Assembly (NCBI GenBank): GCA_009914755.4
Contig: CP086569.2
Location: forward strand, 61,760,001-61,824,000
DNA length: 64,000 nt
Direction: 5' to 3'
Source: the human T2T-CHM13v2.0 reference genome, Homo sapiens
This document shows positions 28,304 to 42,443 of the stretch, piece after piece (positions within the stretch are counted from its first letter, which is position 1; the number at the start of each line of letters is the position of its first letter). The notes under the pieces were generated by a model. The model saw only the letters and a list, made by a program, of their open reading frames with translations, had not been told where the DNA came from and ran no database searches. The translations under genes were made by a program, and so were the position numbers.

Positions 28304-31300
28304 GACTCGAAACTAATGGACTGGAATCGAATGGACTCGACTGGTACGGACTCCAATGGAATGGAATCGAATGGAATGGAATCGAACGGAATGAACTCGA
28401 AGTGAAAAGAGTGCAATGGAAAGGTCTCGAATGGAATGGAAATTAATGGAATGGAATGGAATCGAATGAAATGGAGTCAAAAGGAATGGAATCGAATGGC
28501 AAGAAATCGAATGTAATGGAATCACAAGGAATGGATGTGAACGGAACGGAATGGAATGGAATCAAAAGGAATGGAATCGAATGGAAAGGACTCGAATGGA
28601 AATGACTCGAATAGAATGGAATTCAACAAAATAGAGTCAAATGTAATGGAATGGAATGGAAAGGAATCGAAACGAAAGGAATGGAGACAGATGGAATGGA
28701 ATGGAACAGAGAGCAATGGTATAGAATGGAATGGAATCATATGGAATGGAATTGAATGGAATGGAATAATATGAAATGGAATGGAAAGGAATGGAATGCA
28801 CTTGAATTAAATGGACTGGAATGGAATGGACTCGAACGGAGTGGAATGGAAAGGATTGAAATAGAATGGAATGGACTCCTTTGGAATGGTCTAGTATTCA
28901 ATGCAAACGACTGGCAGGGAATCAAAAGGAATGTAATCGAATGGATTGGACTGGAATACAATGGACTCGAATACGTTGGAAACGGAATGCAATGGAATGG
29001 AATGGAATAGTATGCAATGGAACGGAAAGGAATGAAGTAGAATGGACTAGAGTGGAATGGAATGGACTCGAAAGCAATGGACTGGAATGGAACGATCTTG
29101 AATGGACCGGAATCAAACGGAACGGAATGCAATGCAAGGCAATCAAATGGAATGGAATAAAAGAGAATGAAAGAGAATCAAATGCAATTGAATCGAATGG
29201 AATCGAATGGATTGGAAAGGAATAGAATGGAATGGAATGGAATTGACTCAAATGGAATGGACTAGAACGGAATGGAGTCGAATGGAAGGCAAAGGAATGG
29301 AATCTATTGGAATGGACTGTAATGGAATGGCATGGAAGGGATTGGAATGGACTCGAATGGAAAGGACTGCAATAGAAAGGATTCGAATGGAATGAAAAAG
29401 AATCGAATGGAATAGAACAGAATGGAATCAAATCGAATGAAATGGAATGGAATAGAAAGGAATGGAATGAAATGGAATGGAAAGGATTCAAATGGAATGC
29501 AATCGAATGGAATGCAATAGAATGGAATGGAATCGAACGGAATGGAATAAAATGGAAGGAAACTGGCAAGAAATGGAATCGAAATGAATGGAGTGTTATG
29601 GAACGGACTCCAAAGGAATTGAATGTAATAGAATGGAGTGGAGTGGACTCGAATATAATGGACTGGAATGGAATGGAATCACATGGAATGGGAACGAATG
29701 GAATGGAATGGAAAGGAATGGAATCGAATGGAAAGGAATCAAATGGAAGGGAATGAAATTGAATCAACAGGAATGGAAGGGAATAGAATAGACTGTAATG
29801 GAATGGACTCGAATAGAATGGACACGAATGCTCAAATTGGATGGACTCGAATGGAATGGAAACGAAAGGAATGTCATCGAATGGAATTGAATCGATTGGA
29901 ATGAAATGGCATAGAATGGAGTGGAATGAAATGGAATTGAATCGAAAGGAAAGGAAGCGAATGGACTGAAATGAAATGGAATGGAATTGAATGGAAAGTA
30001 ATGCAATGGAATAGAATGGAACGAAATTTCACGGAATGGAATCAAACAGAATGGAATCAAATCAATGGAATATAATCAAATGGAATGGAATGGAATGGAA
30101 AAGAATTGAATGGAATAGATTGGATAGGAAGGGATTGGAATGCAATGGAATGGAAAGGACTCGAATTTCATGAAACGGAATGGAATGAATTGGAATGGAA
30201 TGGACTCGAATGGAATGGAATGTCATGGAATGGCATCAAATGGAATGGAATCAAATGGAATGGCATCGAATGCAATGGAATGTTATGGAATGGAATGGAA
30301 TGTATTGGAATGGAATGTCCTCTAATGGAATGGATTCGAGTGGAATGGAATCGAATATAATGGAGTCGAATGAAATGGAATTGAAAGGAATGGGATCGAA
30401 TAGAATGGAATATACTGGAATGTAATGTAATGAAGTCGAATGTAATTGACTGGAATGGAATGTACATGAATGGAATGTAATCGAATGGAAAGTAATCCAA
30501 TGAAATAGAATCTAATGCAATAAAACCGACTCAAATGGAATAGAATGTAATGGAATGGAGTGCAGTGCAATGGAATGGAATGGAATGGAATGGAATGGAG
30601 TGGAATGGAATGGAATGGGATGGAATGGTATGGAATGGATAGTAAAGGACTGGAGTGAAATGGACTGTAAAGGAATGGACTCCAATTGAAAGGGCTCGAA
30701 AGGAATGGAGTCAAATGGAATGGTCTGGAATGGAATGAACTCGAATGTAATGCAATCCAATAGAATGGAATCGAATGGAATGGAATATAAAGAAATGGAA
30801 TCGACGAGAATGGAAACAGATGGAATGGAATTGAAAGGAATGGAATTGAATGGAATGGGCACGAATGGAATGAAATTGTATGGAATAGAAGAGAATAGAA
30901 TGGAATGCAATGGATAAGAAAGGAATGGATTGGAATGGAAGGGAATGTAGTGTAATGGACTGGCATGGAATAAACTGGAATGCTACGGTCTCAAATGGAA
31001 TAAAAATGTATGGAATGGAATGCCATGAAACGGAATCGAATGTCATAGAATGTAATGGAATGCAAAAAAATGGACTCCAAAATCATTGACTGGAAAGGCT
31101 GGGTGTCGAAAGGAATTGACTCCAATGGAATGGAATCGAATGGAATGGAAGTGAATAGAATCGAACTAAATCGAATGGAATGGAATTGATAGGAACGGAA
31201 TGGAAAGGAATGGAATGATTTGGCATGGAATGGAATCGAATGGACTCGAATGGAATGGAATGGAATGCAATGCAATGGAATGTATTAGAATGTAGTGAAC

Positions 31301-31838
31301 TTTAATGGAATGAACTCGAATGGATTCGACTGGAATGGAATGTTCTGGAAGTGAATGGACTCCAATGGAATGGATTCAAAAGGAATGGAATCGAAGGGAA
31401 TGGAATCTAATGGAATGGAATGAAATGGAAAGGAATCAAATCGAATAGCACGGAATTGAACTGAATGGAATCGAATGCAATGGAATCTAATGAAACGGAA
31501 AGGAAAGGAATGGAATGGCATGGAATGGGCTGGAATGGAATGGAATCGAAACGAATGGAATGGAATCGAACTGAAGAGACTGGAATGGAATGCACTGGCA
31601 TGGAAGGGAGTTTAATGGAAGGTTCTCGAAAAGACTGGAATCAAATGCAATGGAATTGAATGGAACGGATATAGAGTCAAATGGAATTGAATGGAATGGA
31701 ATGGAGTAGAGTGAAATGGAATCGAGTCACAAGGAATGGACAGGAATAGAACGGTCTCGAATTGAATGGAATCGTATGGAATGGAATTCAACGGAATGGA
31801 ATGGACAGCCACGGAATGGAATGCACTCGAATGCAATG
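28304..31838 (+). repeat. HOR unit 9 (3535 bp), subtype I
   Basis: Landmark at 28304. Almost identical to unit 7; the one difference seen is VRFHSIRFD versus VRFLSIRFD near 31.5 kb. Confidence 0.85.
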
Positions 31839-34800
31839 GACTCGAAACTAATGGACTGGAATCGAATGGACTCGACTGGTACGGACTCCAATGGAATGGA
31901 ATCGAATGGAATGGAATCGAACGGAATGAACTCGAAGTGAAAAGAGTGCAATGGAAAGGTCTCGAATGGAATGGAAATTAATGGAATGGAATGGAATCGA
32001 ATGAAATGGAGTCAAAAGGAATGGAATCGAATGGCAAGAAATCGAATGTAATGGAATCACAAGGAATGGATGTGAACGGAACGGAATGGAATGGAATCAA
32101 AAGGAATGGAATCGAATGGAATGGACTCGAATGGAAATGACTCGAATAGAATGGAATTCAACAAAATAGAATCAAATGTAATGGAATGGAATGGAAAGGA
32201 ATCGAAACGAAAGGAATGGAGACAGATGGAATGGAATGGAACAGAGAGCAATGGTATAGAATGGAATGGAATCATATGGAATGGAATTGAATGGAATGGA
32301 ATAATATGAAATGGAATGGAAAGGAATGGAATGCACTTGAATTAAATGGACTGGAATGGAATGGACTCGAACGGAGTGGAATGGAAAGGATTGAAATAGA
32401 ATGGAATGGACTCCTTTGGAATGGTCTAGTATTCAATGCAAACGACTGGCAGGGAATCAAAAGGAATGTAATCGAATGGATTGGACTGGAATACAATGGA
32501 CTCGAATACGTTGGAAACGGAATGCAATGGAATGGAATGGAATAGTATGCAATGGAACGGAAAGGAATGAAGTAGAATGGACTAGAGTGGAATGGAATGG
32601 ACTCGAAAGCAATGGACTGGAATGGAACGATCTTGAATGGACCGGAATCAAACGGAACGGAATGCAATGCAAGGCAATCAAATGGAATGGAATAAAAGAG
32701 AATGAAAGAGAATCAAATGCAATTGAATCGAATGGAATCGAATGGATTGGAAAGGAATAGAATGGAATGGAATGGAATTGACTCAAATGGAATGGACTAG
32801 AACGGAATGGAGTCGAATGGAAGGCAAAGGAATGGAATCTATTGGAATGGACTGTAATGGAATGGCATGGAAGGGATTGGAATGGACTCGAATGGAAAGG
32901 ACTGCAATAGAAAGGATTCGAATGGAATGAAAAAGAATTGAATGGAATAGAACAGAATGGAATCAAATCGAATGAAATGGAATGGAATAGAAAGGAATGG
33001 AATGAAATGGAATGGAAAGGATTCAAATGGAATGCAATCGAATGGAATGCAATCGAATGGAATGGAATCGAACGGAATGGAATAAAATGGAAGGAAACTG
33101 GCAAGAAATGGAATCGAAATGAATGGAGTGTTATGGAACGGACTCCAAAGGAATTGAATGTAATAGAATGGAGTGGAGTGGACTCGAATATAATGGACTG
33201 GAATGGAATGGAATCACATGGAATGGGAACGAATGGAATGGAATGGAAAGGAATGGAATCGAATGGAAAGGAATCAAATGGAAGGGAATGAAATTGAATC
33301 AACAGGAATGGAAGGGAATAGAATAGACTGTAATGGAATGGACTCGAATAGAATGGACACGAATGCTCAAATTGGATGGACTCGAATGGAATGGAAACGA
33401 AAGGAATGTCATCGAATGGAATTGAATCGATTGGAATGAAATGGCATAGAATGGAGTGGAATGAAATGGAATTGAATCGAAAGGAAAGGAAGCGAATGGA
33501 CTGAAATGAAATGGAATGGAATTGAATGGAAAGTAATGCAATGGAATAGAATGGAACGAAATTTCACGGAATGGAATCAAACAGAATGGAATCAAATCAA
33601 TGGAATATAATCAAATGGAATGGAATGGAATGGAAAGGAATTGAATGGAATAGATTGGATAGGAAGGGATTGGAATGCAATGGAATGGAAAGGACTCGAA
33701 TTTCATGAAACGGAATGGAATGAATTGGAATGGAATGGACTCGAATGGAATGGAATGTCATGGAATGGCATCAAATGGAATGGAATCAAATGGAATGGCA
33801 TCGAATGCAATGGAATGTTATGGAATGGAATGGAATGTATTGGAATGGAATATCCTCTAATGGAATGGATTCGAGTGGAATGGAATCGAATATAATGGAG
33901 TCGAATGAAATGGAATTGAAAGGAATGGGATCGAATAGAATGGAATATACTGGAATGTAATGTAATGAAGTCGAATGTAATTGACTGGAATGGAATGTAC
34001 ATGAATGGAATGTAATCGAATGGAAAGTAATCCAATGAAATAGAATCTAATGCAATAAAACCGACTCAAATGGAATAGAATGTAATGGAATGGAGTGCAG
34101 TGCAATGGAATGGAATGGAATGGAATGGAATGGAGTGGAATGGAATGGAATGGGATGGAATGGTATGGAATGGATAGTAAAGGACTGGAGTGAAATGGAC
34201 TGTAAAGGAATGGACTCCAATTGAAAGGGCTCGAAAGGAATGGAGTCAAATGGAATGGTCTGGAATGGAATGAACTCGAATGTAATGCAATCCAATAGAA
34301 TGGAATCGAATGGAATGGAATATAAAGAAATGGAATCGACGAGAATGGAAACAGATGGAATGGAATTGAAAGGAATGGAATTGAATGGAATGGGCACGAA
34401 TGGAATGAAATTGTATGGAATAGAAGAGAATAGAATGGAATGCAATGGATAAGAAAGGAATGGATTGGAATGGAAGGGAATGTAGTGTAATGGACTGGCA
34501 TGGAATAAACTGGAATGCTACGGTCTCAAATGGAATAAAAATGTATGGAATGGAATGCCATGAAACGGAATCGAATGTCATAGAATGTAATGGAATGCAA
34601 AAAAATGGACTCCAAAATCATTGACTGGAAAGGCTGGGTGTCGAAAGGAATTGACTCCAATGGAATGGAATCGAATGGAACGGAAGTGAATAGAATCGAA
34701 CTAAATCGAATGGAATGGAATTGATAGGAACGGAATGGAAAGGAATGGAATGATTTGGCATGGAATGGAATCGAATGGACTCGAATGGAATGGAATGGAA

Positions 34801-35373
34801 TGCAATGCAATGGAATGTATTAGAATGTAGTGAACTTTAATGGAATGAACTCGAATGGATTCGACTGGAATGGAATGTTCTGGAAGTGAATGGACTCCAA
34901 TGGAATGGATTCAAAAGGAATGGAATCGAAGGGAATGGAATCTAATGGAATGGAATGAAATGGAAAGGAATCAAATCGAATAGCACGGAATTGAACTGAA
35001 TGGAATCGAATGCAATGGAATCTAATGAAACGGAAAGGAAAGGAATGGAATGGCATGGAATGGGCTGGAATGGAATGGAATCGAAACGAATGGAATGGAA
35101 TCGAACTGAAGAGACTGGAATGGAATGCACTGGCATGGAAGGGAGTTTAATGGAAGGTTCTCGAAAAGACTGGAATCGAATGCAATGGAATTGAATGGAA
35201 CGGATATAGAGTCAAATGGAATTGAATGGAATGGAATGGAGTAGAGTGAAATGGAATCGAGTCACAAGGAATGGACAGGAATAGAACGGTCTCGAATTGA
35301 ATGGAATCGTATGGAATGGAATTCAACGGAATGGAATGGACAGCCACGGAATGGAATGCACTCGAATGCAATG
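31839..35373 (+). repeat. HOR unit 10 (3535 bp), subtype I
   Basis: Landmark period. Begins a run of consecutive type-I units, which breaks the I/II alternation. Confidence 0.85.
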
Positions 35374-38300
35374 GACTCGAAACTAATGGACTGGAATCGA
35401 ATGGACTCGACTGGTACGGACTCCAATGGAATGGAATCGAATGGAATGGAATCGAACGGAATGAACTCGAAGTGAAAAGAGTGCAATGGAAAGGTCTCGA
35501 ATGGAATGGAAATTAATGGAATGGAATGGAATCGAATGAAATGGAGTCAAAAGGAATGGAATCGAATGGCAAGAAATCGAATGTAATGGAATCACAAGGA
35601 ATGGATGTGAACGGAACGGAATGGAATGGAATCAAAAGGAATGGAATCGAATGGAATGGACTCGAATGGAAATGACTCGAATAGAATGGAATTCAACAAA
35701 ATAGAATCAAATGTAATGGAATGGAATGGAAAGGAATCGAAACGAAAGGAATGGAGACAGATGGAATGGAATGGAACAGAGAGCAATGGTATAGAATGGA
35801 ATGGAATCATATGGAATGGAATTGAATGGAATGGAATAATATGAAATGGAATGGAAAGGAATGGAATGCACTTGAATTAAATGGACTGGAATGGAATGGA
35901 CTCGAACGGAGTGGAATGGAAAGGATTGAAATAGAATGGAATGGACTCCTTTGGAATGGTCTAGTATTCAATGCAAACGACTGGCAGGGAATCAAAAGGA
36001 ATGTAATCGAATGGATTGGACTGGAATACAATGGACTCGAATACGTTGGAAACGGAATGCAATGGAATGGAATGGAATAGTATGCAATGGAACGGAAAGG
36101 AATGAAGTAGAATGGACTAGAGTGGAATGGAATGGACTCGAAAGCAATGGACTGGAATGGAACGATCTTGAATGGACCGGAATCAAACGGAACGGAATGC
36201 AATGCAAGGCAATCAAATGGAATGGAATAAAAGAGAATGAAAGAGAATCAAATGCAATTGAATCGAATGGAATCGAATGGATTGGAAAGGAATAGAATGG
36301 AATGGAATGGAATTGACTCAAATGGAATGGACTAGAACGGAATGGAGTCGAATGGAAGGCAAAGGAATGGAATCTATTGGAATGGACTGTAATGGAATGG
36401 CATGGAAGGGATTGGAATGGACTCGAATGGAAAGGACTGCAATAGAAAGGATTCGAATGGAATGAAAAAGAATTGAATGGAATAGAACAGAATGGAATCA
36501 AATCGAATGAAATGGAATGGAATAGAAAGGAATGGAATGAAATGGAATGGAAAGGATTCAAATGGAATGCAATCGAATGGAATGCAATCGAATGGAATGG
36601 AATCGAACGGAATGGAATAAAATGGAAGGAAACTGGCAAGAAATGGAATCGAAATGAATGGAGTGTTATGGAACGGACTCCAAAGGAATTGAATGTAATA
36701 GAATGGAGTGGAGTGGACTCGAATATAATGGACTGGAATGGAATGGAATCACATGGAATGGGAACGAATGGAATGGAATGGAAAGGAATGGAATCGAATG
36801 GAAAGGAATCAAATGGAAGGGAATGAAATTGAATCAACAGGAATGGAAGGGAATAGAATAGACTGTAATGGAATGGACTCGAATAGAATGGACACGAATG
36901 CTCAAATTGGATGGACTCGAATGGAATGGAAACGAAAGGAATGTCATCGAATGGAATTGAATCGATTGGAATGAAATGGCATAGAATGGAGTGGAATGAA
37001 ATGGAATTGAATCGAAAGGAAAGGAAGCGAATGGACTGAAATGAAATGGAATGGAATTGAATGGAAAGTAATGCAATGGAATAGAATGGAACGAAATTTC
37101 ACGGAATGGAATCAAACAGAATGGAATCAAATCAATGGAATATAATCAAATGGAATGGAATGGAATGGAAAGGAATTGAATGGAATAGATTGGATAGGAA
37201 GGGATTGGAATGCAATGGAATGGAAAGGACTCGAATTTCATGAAACGGAATGGAATGAATTGGAATGGAATGGACTCGAATGGAATGGAATGTCATGGAA
37301 TGGCATCAAATGGAATGGAATCAAATGGAATGGCATCGAATGCAATGGAATGTTATGGAATGGAATGGAATGTATTGGAATGGAATGTCCTCTAATGGAA
37401 TGGATTCGAGTGGAATGGAATCGAATATAATGGAGTCGAATGAAATGGAATTGAAAGGAATGGGATCGAATAGAATGGAATATACTGGAATGTAATGTAA
37501 TGAAGTCGAATGTAATTGACTGGAATGGAATGTACATGAATGGAATGTAATCGAATGGAAAGTAATCCAATGAAATAGAATCTAATGCAATAAAACCGAC
37601 TCAAATGGAATAGAATGTAATGGAATGGAGTGCAGTGCAATGGAATGGAATGGAATGGAATGGAATGGAGTGGAATGGAATGGAATGGGATGGAATGGTA
37701 TGGAATGGATAGTAAAGGACTGGAGTGAAATGGACTGTAAAGGAATGGACTCCAATTGAAAGGGCTCGAAAGGAATGGAGTCAAATGGAATGGTCTGGAA
37801 TGGAATGAACTCGAATGTAATGCAATCCAATAGAATGGAATCGAATGGAATGGAATATAAAGAAATGGAATCGACGAGAATGGAAACAGATGGAATGGAA
37901 TTGAAAGGAATGGAATTGAATGGAATGGGCACGAATGGAATGAAATTGTATGGAATAGAAGAGAATAGAATGGAATGCAATGGATAAGAAAGGAATGGAT
38001 TGGAATGGAAGGGAATGTAGTGTAATGGACTGGCATGGAATAAACTGGAATGCTACGGTCTCAAATGGAATAAAAATGTATGGAATGGAATGCCATGAAA
38101 CGGAATCGAATGTCATAGAATGTAATGGAATGCAAAAAAATGGACTCCAAAATCATTGACTGGAAAGGCTGGGTGTCGAAAGGAATTGACTCCAATGGAA
38201 TGGAATCGAACGGATTGGAAGTGAATAGAATCGAACTAAATCGAATGGAATGGAATTGATAGGAACGGAATGGAAAGGAATGGAATGATTTGGCATGGAA

Positions 38301-38908
38301 TGGAATCGAATGGACTCGAATGGAATGGAATGGAATGCAATGCAATGGAATGTATTAGAATGTAGTGAACTTTAATGGAATGAACTCGAATGGATTCGAC
38401 TGGAATGGAATGTTCTGGAAGTGAATGGACTCCAATGGAATGGATTCAAAAGGAATGGAATCGAAGGGAATGGAATCTAATGGAATGGAATGAAATGGAA
38501 AGGAATCAAATCGAATAGCACGGAATTGAACTGAATGGAATCGAATGCAATGGAATCTAATGAAACGGAAAGGAAAGGAATGGAATGGCATGGAATGGGC
38601 TGGAATGGAATGGAATCGAAACGAATGGAATGGAATCGAACTGAAGAGACTGGAATGGAATGCACTGGCATGGAAGGGAGTTTAATGGAAGGTTCTCGAA
38701 AAGACTGGAATCGAATGCAATGGAATTGAATGGAACGGATATAGAGTCAAATGGAATTGAATGGAATGGAATGGAGTAGAGTGAAATGGAATCGAGTCAC
38801 AAGGAATGGACAGGAATAGAACGGTCTCGAATTGAATGGAATCGTATGGAATGGAATTCAACGGAATGGAATGGACAGCCACGGAATGGAATGCACTCGA
38901 ATGCAATG
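35374..38908 (+). repeat. HOR unit 11 (3535 bp), subtype I
   Basis: Landmark period. Differs from unit 10 by only a few SNVs (for example MECPLM here versus MEYPLM in unit 10). Confidence 0.85.
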
Positions 38909-41900
38909 GACTCGAAACTAATGGACTGGAATCGAATGGACTCGACTGGTACGGACTCCAATGGAATGGAATCGAATGGAATGGAATCGAACGGAATGAA
39001 CTCGAAGTGAAAAGAGTGCAATGGAAAGGTCTCGAATGGAATGGAAATTAATGGAATGGAATGGAATCGAATGAAATGGAGTCAAAAGGAATGGAATCGA
39101 ATGGCAAGAAATCGAATGTAATGGAATCACAAGGAATGGATGTGAACGGAACGGAATGGAATGGAATCAAAAGGAATGGAATCGAATGGAATGGACTCGA
39201 ATGGAAATGACTCGAATAGAATGGAATTCAACAAAATAGAATCAAATGTAATGGAATGGAATGGAAAGGAATCGAAACGAAAGGAATGGAGACAGATGGA
39301 ATGGAATGGAACAGAGAGCAATGGTATAGAATGGAATGGAATCATATGGAATGGAATTGAATGGAATGGAATAATATGAAATGGAATGGAAAGGAATGGA
39401 ATGCACTTGAATTAAATGGACTGGAATGGAATGGACTCGAACGGAGTGGAATGGAAAGGATTGAAATAGAATGGAATGGACTCTTTTGGAATGGTCTAGT
39501 ATGCAATGCAAACGACTGGCAGGGAACCAAAAGGAATGTAATCGAATGGATTGGACTGGAATACAATGGACTCGAATACGTTGGAAACGGAATGCAATGG
39601 AATGGAATGGAATAGTATGGAATGGAACGGAAAGGAATGAAGTAGAAAGGACTAGAGTGGAATGGAATGGACTCGAAAGCAATGGACTGGAATGGAACGA
39701 TCTTGAATGGACCGGAATCAAACGGAACGGAATGCAATGCAAGGCAATCAAATGGAATGGAATAAAAGAGAATGAAAGAGAATCAAATGCAATTGAATCG
39801 AATGGAATCGAATGGATTGGAAAGGAATAGAATGGAATGGAATGGAATTGACTCAAATGGAATGGACTAGAACGGAATGGAGTCGAATGGAAGGCAAAGG
39901 AATGGAATCTATTGGAATGGACTGTAATGGAATGGCATGGAAGGGATTGGAATGGACTCGAATGGAAAGGACTGCAATAGAAAGGATTCGAATGGAATGA
40001 AAAAGAATTGAATGGAATAGAACAGAATGGAATCAAATCGAATGAAATGGAATGGAATAGAAAGGAATGGAATGAAATGGAATGGAAAGGATTCAAATGG
40101 AATGCAATCGAATGGAATGCAATCGAATGGAATGGAATCAAACGGAATGGAATAAAATGGAAGGAAACTGGCAAGAAATGGAATCGAAATGAATGGAGTG
40201 TTATGGAACGGACTCCAAAGGAATTGAATGTAATAGAATGTAGTGGAGAGGACTCGAATATTATGGACTGGAATGGAATGGAATCACATGGAATGGGAAC
40301 GAATGGAATGGAATGGAAAGGAATGGAATCGAATGGAAAGGAATCGAATGGAAGGGAATGAAATTGAATCAACAGGAATGGAAGGGAATAGAATGGACTG
40401 TAATGGAATGGACTCGAATAGAATGGACACGAATGCTCAAATTGGATGGACTCGAATGGAATGGAAACGAAAGGAATGTCATCGAATGGAATTGAATCGA
40501 TTGGAATGAAATGGCATAGAATGGAGTGGAATGAAATGGAATTGAATCGAAAGGAAAGGAAGTGAATGGACTGAAATGAAATGGAATGGAATTGAATGGA
40601 AAGTAATGCAATGGAATAGAATGGAACGAAATTTCACGGAATGGAATCAAACAGAATGGAATCAAATCAATGGAATATAATCAAATGGAATGGAATGGAA
40701 TGGAAAGGAATTGAATGGAATAGATTGGATAGGAAGGGATTGGAATGCAATGGAATGGAAAGGACTCGAATTTCATGAAACGGAATGGAATGAATTGGAA
40801 TGGAATGGACTCGAATGGAATGGAATGTCATGGAATGGCATCAAATGGAATGGAATCAAATGGAATGGCATCGAATGCAATGGAATGTTATGGAATGGAA
40901 TGGAATGTATTGGAATGGAATGTCCTCTAATGGAATGGATTCGAGTGGAATGGAATCGAATATAATGAAGTCGAATGAAATGGAATTGAAAGTAATGGGA
41001 TCGAATAGAATGGAATATACTGGAATGTAATGTAATGAAGTCGAATGTAATTGACTGGAATGGAATGTACATGAATGGAATGTAATCGAATGGAAAGTAA
41101 TCCAATGAAATAGAATCTAATGCAATAAAACCGACTCAAATGTAATAGAATGTAATGGAATGGAGTGCAGTGCAATGGAATGGAATGGAATGGAATGCAA
41201 AGGAGTGGAATGGAATGGAATGGGATGGAATGGTATGGTATGGATAGTAAAGGACTGGAGTGAAATGGACTGTAAAGGAATGGACTCCAATTGAAAGGGC
41301 TCGAAAGGAATGGAGTCAAATGGAATGGTCTGGAATGGAATGAACTCGAATGTAATGCAATCCAATAGAATGGAATCGAATGGAATGGAATATAAAGAAA
41401 TGGAATCGACGAGAATGGAAACAGATGGAATGGAATTGAAAGGAATGGAATTGAATGGAATGGGCACGAATGGAATGAAATTGTATGGAATAGAAGAGAA
41501 TAGAATGGAATGCAATGGATAAGAAAGGAATGGATTGGAATGGAAGGGAATGTAGTGTAATGGACTGGCATGGAATAAACTGGAATGCTACGGTCTCAAA
41601 TGGAATAAAAATGTATGGAATGGAATGCCATGAAACGGAATCGAATGTCATAGAATGTAATGGAATGCAAAAAAATGGACTCCAAAATCATTGACTGGAA
41701 AGGCTGGGTGTCGAAAGGAATTGACTCCAATGGAATGGAATCGAATGGAATGGAAGTGAATAGAATCGAACTAAATCGAATGGAATGGAATTGATAGGAA
41801 CGGAATGGAAAGGAATGGAATGATTTGGCATGGAATGGAATCGAATGGACTCGAATGGAATGGAATGGAATGCAATGCAATGGAATGTATTAGAATGTAG

Positions 41901-42443
41901 TGAACTTTAATGGAATGAACTCGAATGGATTCGACTGGAATGGAATGTTCTGGAAGTGAATGGACTCCAATGGAATGGATTCAAAAGGAATGGAATCGAA
42001 GGGAATGGAATCTAATGGAATGGAATGAAATGGAAAGGAATCAAATCGAATAGCACGGAATTGAACTGAATGGAATCGAATGCAATGGAATCTAATGAAA
42101 CGGAAAGGAAAGGAATGGAATGGCATGGAATGGGCTGGAATGGAATGGAATCGAAACGAATGGAATGGAATCGAACTGAAGAGACTGGAATGGAATGCAC
42201 TGGCATGGAAGGGAGTTTAATGGAAGGTTCTCGAAAAGACTGGAATCGAATGCAATGGAATTGAATGGAACGGATATAGAGTCAAATGGAATTGAATGGA
42301 ATGGAATGGAGTAGAGTGAAATGGAATCGAGTCACAAGGAATGGACAGGAATAGAACGGTCTCGAATTGAATGGAATCGTATGGAATGGAATTCAACGGA
42401 ATGGAATGGACAGCCACGGAATGGAATGCACTCGAATGCAATG
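38909..42443 (+). repeat. HOR unit 12 (3535 bp), I/II mosaic
   Basis: Has type-II gtatgcaatgcaaacg at ~39500 and the type-I ctggaatacaatggactcgaatacgttgg at ~39555-39585. Several private SNVs remove stop codons and so create the 376-aa artefactual ORF at 39242..40372. Confidence 0.8.

Noticed and set aside
39242-40372. Long ORFs from the six-frame track (376 aa at 39242..40372, 313 aa at 56855..57796, 281 aa at 646..1491, and all others)
   Set aside because: All translate to low-complexity pentapeptide repeats (IPFHS on -, MEWNG/GMEWN on +), which follow directly from the stop-free (GGAAT)n periodicity. There are no domains, and the ORFs overlap on both strands and in all frames. They are not genes.
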